Assembly (NCBI GenBank): GCA_964035545.1
Contig: OZ037765.1
Location: 2,604,001-2,668,000, forward strand
Length of the DNA: 64,000 nucleotides
Reading direction: 5' to 3'
Source: Bugula neritina
Lineage: Eukaryota > Animalia > Bryozoa
Shown here: piece after piece, positions 1 through 11,800 of the stretch
How positions within the stretch are numbered: the stretch's first letter is position 1
Layout: every line of letters begins with the position of its first letter
Translations under genes and position numbers: made by a program
The notes under the pieces: generated by a model
The model's database searches: none
Seen by the model: only the letters and a program-made list of their open reading frames with translations
What the model was told of the DNA's origin: nothing

Positions 1-177
1 TATGTCAACAGGCAAACTAACAATCTATTGTAAGCGTTAGCTTTTTACCTAATGGCTGAAAATTATGAGAGCAATTTATCATTAAAATATATTATTAAAA
101 TATCTAAAGTTGTAATCATAATTAAACATTTAGTCATGTAAATAACAAGTAACTTTATAATCGTTAGCGAAACATAC

Positions 178-3100
178 TTGAGAAAATCATCATCATCAAA
201 GTCAAGTTTTTTGCTAGCGGGAACATATGGAGCCATCTTGTTGGATTTGGAGACACCTGTGCTCTTGTTGAGATCATCTAATCCAAACTCATCCCAGTCA
301 TCCCAACTATCCTGTGCCCCCCACCTCTTGCGGTTTCCAGCAGCTGGTTGATTGGACGGTTTTGCTGGTTGCTAAGCAACACGAAAACACAGTATGTTGA
401 AATAAAACAAAATAGATGATCATCAGCATTGCTGGTTTAGAATTGAACAACAACAAAACTTTTTGATTTCTCACAACCACTTGAAATGAGAAAAATATAA
501 AGTGCAAAACAAATAAATCAGTTGGAAGCGAGCCAAGAGCTGGGATCACTGTAACATGCCAACATATAACTCAACAGTTTCAACAGAACTCGTGGGGACA
601 GTCACTCTGTGAGGCAGCGAGTTACCTTCAGGTTACCAACTTTAACGGCAGCGTTAGTTGTTGCGGCAGCAGGTTTACTGGCTGCCATGACACCTTTTAC
701 AGTGACTGACGAGGTATTAGCTACAGACGTAGACTGTTTATCCTTAGACTGCCCTGCAGCCTTAGCACCAGGGGCCTGATACTATAAACACGAGACTCAA
801 TGCTAACTATTCTATGTTTGGCAAATAAAACATTAAACACTAGAACAGAGGCTACTAGTTAGTAAGTATTGAATCTACACTAAACAAAATATATAAAAAT
901 CAATAGATTAGAAACAAAATTTAAAAATAAATAAATGCAAAGTGTCAATTAAAATAATTAAAATATTACTTTTTTGACTATAAAGAGAAAAGCCAACAGT
1001 TGAGTTATAAGTCTGTCTGTTATTTGCTGAGAAACTAGGCCTTGCCAATTGACAAGGAGTTATGCCCCCTACAAGTATAAATTAGTGAGCTGTAACTGCG
1101 GCCTACTTACCTTGTACGTTTCGTACTCAATGTGAGGTTTCTTCTCTGATAAAGAAGGGAACTCGGATTTGTTTAGATTTTTAGTTGAGTCAGCAAAGGG
1201 CTGTTTAGCCGGCTGCTGGGTGACAGCGGGCTGTGTTGACCTTGTGTTGTTGGCAAACGTACTGCTATTATTAGACTTAGCACCTAAATTCTGACCAACT
1301 GTGAAATATGGGCTTTTCAGTATCTGAAAAAAAACAATAAAACATTGGAATCAGAACATGTACTGTAAAACACAGTTTAAAAGCCTGCCTTACTAATATC
1401 TCACAGTAGATATGTTGGGAATATACAGTAGTCTGAAAATGCATGATGGGAATTCATCAAATTAGACATTTAATATATAAACTCAATAGTTGAGGGTCCA
1501 TCAGAATTTTACCTGAGCTGCTGTGGGGCGTCTCTTAGGGTCCCACATTAATGTGTCTTTCATGAGCTGTATGGCCTCAGGTGATGCACTGGGTACGAGT
1601 GTCCTGAGAGGAGTCTCCGTGCACTGGGGCCATCGGAAGTTCATAGCCGCTGCCAGCTGATGACCTTCTGGCCATGCTTGCTACAATAAGAGAATATAAC
1701 TCCCAATACACCAGAATACAAGATAGCATAACTCTAAATATACACCAAAAAAGAAGATAGCATAACTCCAAATATAATAAAATACAAGATAAATATAATG
1801 TAACTCTAAATATAATATGAATTAATTATAGTAAAATAATATAATTCTAAACTATATACAAGAACATGAAATAATACATAATAAATACTATTTTACACAT
1901 TCTTAAACATTAATTTTCATGGTTATAAATAAAGACATCATATAATAATCAAATAATAACAAATGATTGCATAAAGCTATAAGCCAGCAGCTGGGAAATA
2001 GTAGGAATTGGTAATAAAAGACTTCATTTCATTATACTAAATAATACTCATTGCAAATTTATTGTACCGGCAAAATTGTTCACAACCAAAACATTTAAAA
2101 AATTACAAATGAATGATATCACAAGTTCATTCAATTTCCATCATTTGTTATGTCACACTGAAGTTGTAGTTATAAACAAAAGAAATAATACACAAATAAA
2201 TCAATCAGGTAATCAATTCATCAAATGTAGATGAATGGATGAAGCACAAAAGACTTAAAGTTGCAAGAGTTCATTCAACTGCATAGGAATACAGTTACAG
2301 GTCAATATATTTTCTACTAGAGTTTACCACTTCATCATACACTACATACAGCACAGTAACACAATGTATAACAGCACAGCTCTGTATACTACATACATTA
2401 CAACAATAATTACTATAGAAAGTGTGAACACAGCTATCTTTACTACAAATTTTTCAAACAGCGTTTTTTGCATAGATATGCATACAATTGTAACAAAACA
2501 GTGATACAGCATGAAGTACCTATGCAGTAACATGTCTATTACACAGTGTACCATGGTAACAGCTCACCTTTGAAGGGGTTCCTAGAACTGTACAAATCTT
2601 GAATATTTGATCAATTTCACTGGAACCCGGGAACAAGGGTCTGAGAGTGTAGAGTTCGGCCATGATGGTGCCGACCGCCCAAATGTCTATTGGTGAGTTG
2701 TAATTGGTCGATCTCAACAAGATTTCCGGGGCTCTGTACCTGCACACGGATTACGTAAACACACTGACTAAATGTTTTATTGTAATACAAGGATTCTTTA
2801 TTCCAATCTTTGAAGCAGCAAGGAAAACTAGAAATGGTCATTATAAAAATAATTCAAGTTTAAAACTCTAAATTTCACATCCTGAAATTTACTCTGAAAA
2901 ATAATGGCTGAAACTTGGCGACAGTATTCATTTTTACAAATAAAACATTCTGTTATTATTGCTATGTCTCACTATATAGCTATTTAAATAATTCACTTAT
3001 GGAAAATAGAATTCATTCATAGTTGAGTTAGTTGTGTGTTGAGTTAGAACAGGCAAGGGTTAACCAGCTACGGCTAGCAACTATACATCTACATGCTTTA

Positions 3101-5666
3101 CCAAAGGTGACACAAGCATTAGTATGGGTTAGTAGGAGTTAGTAATGGCAAACACATATATTATGGCTTAGGTATCATAGGACCCCAGGCTAAATGGAAC
3201 TATACAATATACAAACCATCTGGTGGACACGTAATCTGTGAACGGTGGTTTAGATCGAATTTCACGGGCTAGACCAAAATCTGCCAATTTAACATTATCT
3301 GGGCCTCCGCAGAGTAGGTTCTCGGGCTTGAGGTCACGGTGAAAGTAGCCTAACAGGAAGTAGTTAGCAAAGCACAGAATTAGCAAAGACACGCCCACAC
3401 CATACAGCAACCACAGCAGACTATCATTGAATGAATCAGTTTAAGAAAGTAAATTCTTTTTTAAAACTACTTGGCACAATTTTCTTTCAGAGAGGCAATG
3501 AACTGAATTAATTCTAAGAGTAGTTGATTGAAGAAAGATGATTTGATGTCAAGGCATTCAATGAGATTAGTCTATTGTAGTAGCAGCTAACAGTTGTTAG
3601 ATACAAGGGCTGGTTAGCATAAGGGCAATACTTCTGCCCCACTACAAGGCTACACTCAGCGGCAGCACAGCAGCGTGACTAACCATCTAGTGGACACATA
3701 ATCAGTAAAAGGTGGCCGAGAGCGAATTTCTCGCGCCAACCCAAAGTCAGCGAGTTTCACATGCTCGGGCCCATCACACAGCAAGTTTTCAGGTTTTAAA
3801 TCTCGGTGAAAAAATCCTGAAAAATTCCCAAAAGTATAAAATATTAGCCAATTTTGATTATCCAACACATAAGTTTATTTGTTTCCCTCAACAAAAATGA
3901 AACTCGTAATAATTATACAAACAAAAAAGCAAATCTAAAAGATATTTCCATTGTTAATTATTTTCATTTCCAAGTTACTAGGACATAATAGATATCCGGA
4001 GCTAAAGAAGTGTTTGCAGGATTAATTAGCTTTGAATTATATACATTGCATATGACCTTACAAATAGAGAGCATTGCCAGGTGAAAAAACTCAATTGCTC
4101 CATCAATTCAATACAAACTCAAACATCTCTCAGTACAATTTCAATAGCAGCAATTCTTATCTTCAAAAGGTAAATACTAAATATAATCTTTATACGATAA
4201 AGGTTGCATAAAGTCAGCCATTTTATACGATAGCAGAGTAACACTTACCATTTTTATGCATGAAAGCTAGCCCCTGCATAACTTGGTAAATGACGTTGCG
4301 TACCGAGGGTTCAGGGAATAGCTTATCTCTGTAAAGTATAGCATGACCACCGATATAAATACACTCCAGGTTTGTTCTGGTAATGCTTTAGAGAAATATC
4401 TTTACTGCCTTTTAGTTAATAAATATCTATGAACTTACTAGTTCAAACATAAAGCTAATTTTGTAAATGTAAAATTTTTCCTATTAAACCAAAAAGTAAT
4501 CAAATGTATTATAAAATGATGGTCACAGAGTTTTTTATTTAATGAATATCATTAGTTAATTACAACAAAAGCTCATTTGGTAATTTGGTAAAACATTTCC
4601 TAATACAACGGAAATTAACCAGAAGTTATAAAATGGTGGTCACACAAACCTGTCTTTCATCATCTGATACAGGTTCTCTTTCATGAACTCAAAGACGAAA
4701 TATAGATTGTCATTCTCCCGAATAACTTCTTTCAGTTTGACAATATTAGCATGAGTAAGTTTTCTCAAAGACTAAAACATTTAATTAAAACTCACATTAC
4801 TATTTTATTAAAATGCTGGCATAAATGTTTAAATTCTCACTAGCCCATCAAAAATGTTCAAAATTAAAATTAGATTACATAAAGGCATTGCATTGTCTAT
4901 ACATGTTAAAGAAAGTTTAGTAAATGAAGGTTAGGCAATTGATAGAGTTACCTTGACTTCCCGAAGATTTAGACATTCATCCCAGGAATAATATTTCTTT
5001 TTCATTCTGCAATGACACAAAACGTATCTCATGATGTAGCCCTAATAAGTTATATAATATATCATTCTTGCACCTTAAAATCTATAAATAATAAATCATG
5101 AATTTAGACTACCAAGACACAAAGACAGAGAGTAAAGATAATATATGCTTTGCATTATATGATTGAAGAGAATTTGAGTCAGTCTACATTTTATAGCTGG
5201 CTCACATTAAGTTTCACTACAGCATCATCTTTAAAGATTGCTTACGACATATTTGCCATCATTTATTAAAGTTATTCATTTTTCTAAATTATTTTTATTT
5301 CAACACTTTATTTCATAATAATTTTCTATTCATTTGCTTATTTTTTGCTCTTAGAAATATCTATCATCTTTTTGTCTTGTATATTGATTTTGAAAACTAT
5401 AAAACAAGTGCTGCTAAAAAGCATTCTTGCAAAACCATCAACATTGAGCATAACTTAACATCAGTAGGATGGCCTTACCTAAAATAATACTTACCCTCAT
5501 TACCTCAATATTCAACGAGACTTTACCTCCCTTTAATAAAATAATACTTATTAAGTAAAACTTACCTTTTAATAGCAACTTTTTCATTTGAGTCGAGATT
5601 GACAGCGAGGAGCACACTGCCGTAAGTGCCATCTCCGAGCTGCTTGGAGACATTGTATCTATTCAT
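178..5666 (-). CDS. MAK: MAK/CILK1(ICK)/DYF-5 family ciliary Ser/Thr kinase; 3' part continues beyond the window start
   Basis: Exons (GT-AG): 5566-5666 ([18 protein letters not shown]), 4952-5006, 4650-4771, 4249-4328, [3684-3816 OR 3217-3349], 2568-2739, 1513-1680, 1111-1323, 626-781, 178-371. Motifs [43 protein letters not shown] and C-terminal RKRWG..DSWDD are typical of MAK/ICK. A single invertebrate gene is likely co-orthologous to MAK and CILK1. Confidence 0.93.
3217..3349 (-). CDS. MAK alternative catalytic exon, copy B (133 bp)
   Basis: gttag|GC TAC TTT CAC...AGA TG|gtttgt; encodes [45 protein letters not shown]; same length and phases as copy A. Confidence 0.88.
3684..3816 (-). CDS. 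MAK alternative catalytic exon, copy A (133 bp)
   Basis: ttcag|GA TTT TTT CAC...AGA TG|gttagt; encodes [45 protein letters not shown]. Confidence 0.88.
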
Positions 5667-5779
5667 TGTAAGAAGCTCTCAGTTTTACTCCATGAGGACA
5701 ATAGTATACCCACCAGATTGGTTTTATAAGTTCCTGAAAAATCAGAATTTTCTAATTGAAGTATAAAGTTATAAACTAA

Positions 5780-5850
5780 GGAGGCAGTAATGGTTAGAGC
5801 ACTGGCTTAGTATAGACAAGGTCATGGGTTTGAATCCCAGTAAAAGTCGA
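5780..5850 (+). mobile_element. Degenerate tRNA-derived repeat (probably a different family)
   Basis: GTAATGGTTAGAGCACTGG...AAGGTCATGGGTTTGAATCCC resembles pol III A/B boxes; no intact cloverleaf. Confidence 0.45.
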
Positions 5851-8826
5851 TTATGAAGTCAGGAATGGCATTTGACCATAATTAGTTTTGTACCGCAGCC
5901 TGCTTAAAACACCCTTTATAAGGAAGAAAACTTAAAACAAACATATTTTGTATGAATCTATCAAATACTTGTGTACCATTATCTCATAAAAAAACAGATA
6001 TTAAAAAAAGAAATATGCAAAATAGACTCCATAAGTCTTACAGCCTATCAAGTTGTTTTCGTTCAAAAACTGTAGTATTTAGCATTTTGAAAGTGTTAAT
6101 GTCAATATTACAAAAATCAGCTAGTTAACTTTCGAGGTAAAAATGAATTTCAACATATTTACATGATAATTTTATTTAAAGTTAGGTGTGGTAGCTTATT
6201 TATCAATTTGTAATATAATTTTAAATAATGAATGGCTTACTCTGATGGCTTGATGCTTTTATTGTTAATAGTTACAAAATACTAATAGTAATACACTTAC
6301 AGTAATAGTATTACTATAACTACAGCATACAATAATAGTTATGATCTATCAGCAATTGCGTCAGTATCAGTTTCACTGGCATCAACTCACAACTGTATGA
6401 GTATCCACAAAAAACAATATGAATATGTATATCAAGAGTAAATTAAAACTTGCCGGTCATAGTAATAGCCATATTGATATTCATAGTGAGTATATCAGTA
6501 TGAGTATCAATATCAGTACGAGTATCAACATTACCTTAATGATTAACTAAACCAAAATGAGAATGTCTACAACTATCACTATAAGTATTAGTGCAACTAT
6601 TACTAATACTACATGAATATCACTATCAGTTTGAGTATGACTGTGAGTATCAGTATATCAATGACAATTATCATTATCAATATGAATAATGAATGTGAGC
6701 AGTAACTGTAAGTCAGCGACTGTGAGAGAATGTGTAACTAATAAGCAATAACATTTAAAAATAAGTGCAAGTACTAATAAATAGTAACTTACAGTTAGTG
6801 TAACTAACTTAGAGTAACTGTTACTGAACAATAGTGTCAATAGTTAACCTTAAACTTAAAGTTAAAGGTAGAAATGAAAATAAAAATCAGACTTCTCGTT
6901 GACAATTCAGACGCTCGCGCTATGAGAATTCCTTTAATGAAAGTTCAAACCCAAAAATAATAAGAAGAGAAACCTAAAAGTTTCGCATTTAAAACTTTTC
7001 CTTAAATAAACTCAAATCGATATTACAAGATCAGCGACATCATCAGTTACAGGAAAATAGTACAACATGGTATTTTACTGGTTTTATTATTGTGGCAACC
7101 ATTCTCGTTTATTGCGATAGACTTTATAGCGCAATAATTACGGACTGTGTGAACTTGGTAAAGTAGACAACTCTTAATAATATCAACTAGATATTTGTGA
7201 ATTATTATTTTGGGCTTCCTATTCTTCCATTATTCGGTCTGCGTGAATTTTGTGCTTTTAACTTATGCAAAATAATAAGTCTATAACAGCAGTAAAAAGT
7301 CATGAATTATATATCTCAATTGTGATTACTGAATTTATATTCAATAATTTAATTTACATAGATATGAGTTTTATTTTTTATACATCATATAGACTATAGA
7401 GTTATCTTGCCATGGTTTGTTGAGAATAACCCAATTTATATTATAATAATACATATATAAAAAGAAAAAGCCTTTTATATTATGTGTTAGTCTGCTAACT
7501 ATATACCTAAGGACAAAACAAATTCCCTCTAAGGAAATAAATTTTTAAGAATTCTTCATATGGTATAAGTTACCGCAGATATAATGGTATTATATGATAA
7601 TTGATCCAGTTTTAATATAAATATTATTGTATAATCACGATTACAATTTTAGCTATAGCTAAATCTATCCTGGCCTTGGGAATAAGTATATGTTATTTTT
7701 TGTTTTTAGTAGAAAAAATTGCTGATCATAAAGTTAGGTCAGTTGCACTGCAGATTGGAACTTGTTGAACTCAAGGAACTGAATATCTCAGTGCACTGTA
7801 TTTGTTCATGATGGGATCATTTCTACATTGTTATTAATATTGAAATAGAGCTTTGAAAGTCATTGCTATAATGTAACACTTATGTCAATGTAATAAATCA
7901 ATATTACAGTCATACAATATATATGATGAGGTTTACATAACTTTATTTTTCATATCTAATTATAGAAATACTAGTTATAGATATAAAATGTAGACATAAT
8001 GCATCACAGCACTGCACTTGGTAACAAATTCACATTGGTCATGCATATGTTATACACTTGTATAGAAATCATAATGAATTGACTAGATTACTACTAATAC
8101 AATCACTACACTATAAAAATATTAATATTTAAAATATTATTGAGTACTATAGAAGCTATGTTATAGATATCATACATAGACATTATTAAACTGTATAGTG
8201 CTATAAAAACTATCAATTTTTCTCATTAGTTTAGGTGTTGAAAAGTTACTAAAGAAAAATATTTTTAAAGCTGCAAGTTCTATAAATAAACGAATCCAAG
8301 TTCAACCAAACAAGCAAAAAATTAGCAAAAAGTTTGTATCTACATTGTAAGCTTCTAGAAATTTAACACTTAATCTAGTGCAAAGAATCACATAGAAATA
8401 ACATATACAAAAATACGATATAATATTACAAAATTTGTAATATTTTTGCACAAAAATTGTACCATGTCTTCAGTGTTTTGCTGAAACAATAAAAGAAAAC
8501 TATTTTATCAAACTATTAATTATTTCTTGACAAATGCGCTATGAAAATAAATCATGCAAAAATAAATAATATTTTTGCAGAATTTTGGGTGTATGTTAGG
8601 ACACGTTTAAAATTTTTTTACAGATTCAACAATTCGTCATACAAACACTACGGTGTATTTAGAGACTTGACTGAGGTATTGAGGCATACAAACACGAGTG
8701 TAACAACAAAACTAATTGCTCAATTCTTACACTTTTATGACATCCTAAAAAACCATCCTAGTTTTTTCTACAATTTAAAATCGCCAAACCAAAATGGAAG
8801 TAGAGATGAATAAACGAAAGATAGAC

Positions 8827-11800
8827 TCAGAGTTTAGTCAGAGAAGTGTTATGGTTGGAGTTGGCGAATATACGACCCCTGTGTTCCTTCCATTCCGCGT
8901 AGTTTGCTTTGCCCTGGGCTATGATCACTTCTCTGTATTTCTCCTGATATTGAGGGAACAAATCCGGAAGCTCCTTGGACCCACCCGCAGTGATGATCCA
9001 GGGGTGACATAGAACCTCCACTGCTGTATAGCGACTTCTCTTGTCCACAACTAGCAGGTGCCTTATTAGTTCTATGGCTTCTACAAAACAAACAACAGCA
9101 AGGGTTACTATGGTTACTGGGAATTCCCCACTATCACAACACAATATTATTCAGCTCCAGCAGCCATCTTTGATTAATGTAGATGTAAAATCATTTTTTT
9201 GCAAATTTCACTAAATTTTAGAGTTAGATAAAACAATTTTGCAACTCTATAAAACCATAATAATACCAAAAAAATACACAAAACAAAATATATAGACTAT
9301 CAACTATTATTAATTAAATTAATTATTTATTATAATTAATCACTATTAACTACTATTAATATTAACATGTTTGTGCTATGGGCTTTTTATAACATAGACT
9401 AAATTCCACATTACTAGTTAAAGAGCATATTTAGGGGGTGTGCACTAACCTGCCGAAACAGCATCCCAGTAAGGACTAAGGAACTCATACTCTCCAGCTT
9501 TGATATACTCGAACAGCTCCGTCTGCTTGTTATCCGTGGCTCTGAACGGAGGGAAGCCGCAGAGTAAGATGTAAGTTATGATACCAACTGCCCACATGTC
9601 TACCTCCAATCCATAGCCTGTAGACCAACAGAGTGAGAAAAATAAACTAATAGCCTTAGTGTAATATATGGCTACTTTCACAATAGTAATAATAGTTGTA
9701 GTGTAGTACTTTCACTAACCAATGCTATACAATAGGTTATGGTAATGAGTGGTAATAAGGTTTTTATAATGGAGAAGAAAAGACATTTTATCAAACTTTG
9801 CTGTCATATTGTATCATAAAAGTCAGTCTCAATTTTTGTTGTGGTTAAAATTAAACAAATTATTGAATTTTCTATAAAAATTCAACAATTTCTCTTTCAT
9901 TTTATTTTAAAAAAGTAAGTAAATAATAAATCTGGAAAAGAAGTTTAAAGATATAAATTACAACCAAAATTATGGTATAGTTTTATGTTTACATAATGGA
10001 GTCAATTTTCAAAGAGCCAGCAAATAAACACATTTCTGTGATACAAGATACAATGCTATTATATGTATCAAATTATCTTTATTTCAAAAGCAGAAGTTAG
10101 TCAAATGAAAGTCAGAAGCCCTTCTCACGCAGAAACAACATGATGTATATCTTTCTGTGAGATACTTGAATAGTAAACTTAAAGATTATATTAAATATTT
10201 TCCAACAATATTCAGTTACATCCATTTTAATAGCCTTCAAAAGCTGCATGTATCCTGAATATTATTAGCATGCTGTTGACCCAGCTGAAAGCATAAGTTC
10301 ATGACAGCTCTTTGTAACAGTATATACTCTCTGGCAGGCACAGCAGGTGTTACATAAAGCACTCTTCAACAGGTGCTCTAAGAGCAAGGTGTCACAAGAG
10401 TGTCAATTGTCCAATTAATTGGGTTAGTTTGTTTATGATCAACATGTAGAAGCATGATAACATTATATTATTATCAGAAATTTAAAAACAACACAAATGT
10501 TTTCAGTCACTTATGAAAGTGAACAATGTATATTGCATATAATGCAAGTTAACTAAAAACAGTTCAAAAAATGAATACAGGTTTAAAAATTTCAAAAGAT
10601 TCAAACTGAAATCCTTTATCTGCATGCGTTAACTTGGAAACACCTACGTATGCACCCCAGTTACAAGCACCTGACATGTACTGTCTGCAGGTTGTCATAT
10701 CCGCAAGCACTTGCCGTGTACTGTCTGCGCTTTGTCAAACTCACCTATTTCTGATAGTATTTCAGGAGCCACATAAGTAGGCGTGCCGCAGATTGTAAAT
10801 ATGGGTGCCTTGACTTCTACCGCCAAACCAAAGTCTCCGAGTTTTAATGTCATAGAATTGTCTTTATTTCTCATCACCTAAAGTTGTCAGATTAGGCAAT
10901 TGAACAGAGCACAATAGAATACAGTCTTACAACTTTAATAATGATTCATTTCATCACATACAGCCTGAAGATATTCGTATATAGTAAATTATAATTCAGG
11001 GATGACAACAAAAGTTTTTGTGTCCCTTGACATAAATATTTTTGTAGCATTGTTATAAATTTGACAACTTTGCATCTTATATAAAATAATTTAGATTACT
11101 TCAGTAATTGACAAACAAATGTCAGAAAAAATTGCAAGATTTGTTGGTTAAGTAAACTATTTTATCAGTTTGACTATATATAGCTGTACTTATCTCAGCA
11201 TGCAAATTTCATAATTAGGTTTATTATTTATAATAACTCATAACATATTAATCATATCAACAGGCATCCCAAAATAAAGAAAAAACGCTGACTATGACCT
11301 CACCATCAAGTTTTCTGGTTTGACGTCGCGATGCACGATGCCTCTGCTGTGAAGATAGAAGAGAGCATTTGTCATGTCTGCTGACATTTTGGAGGCGACG
11401 GGTTCAGTAAATCGGACGCTGTTTTTAATGGCATCGAAAAGATCACCACCCTGTGAGGGAATGTCAGACACGTGTACTTTATCATACCAGCCAATCAGAG
11501 AAATACTAACACCTATTAATATTTGCGTCCAGGTCTACTTACTGATACGGTATATTGAACATGTAGGTGTAGAGATACACTGAATAGCATATACTGTTTT
11601 AGTTAGCCAAAGTTAAAAATAGCATTAGGCATCAAGCAAGTCTGTAAGGTTGAATAGCGCGACAGCATCTTTTGCTGATCTCAACCAACCTTGACCTTGT
11701 AAGGTTAAATACAAACCTTGACATATTCCATGACTAAATATATTTCTTCTCTCGTCTCGAATTCTTCGTAAAGCTTGACAAGGTTTTCTTGGTGGCACGC

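Noticed and set aside
3168-3868. Two separate kinase genes or a pseudo-exon
   Set aside because: Only this one exon is duplicated, and both copies are intact with mostly synonymous differences
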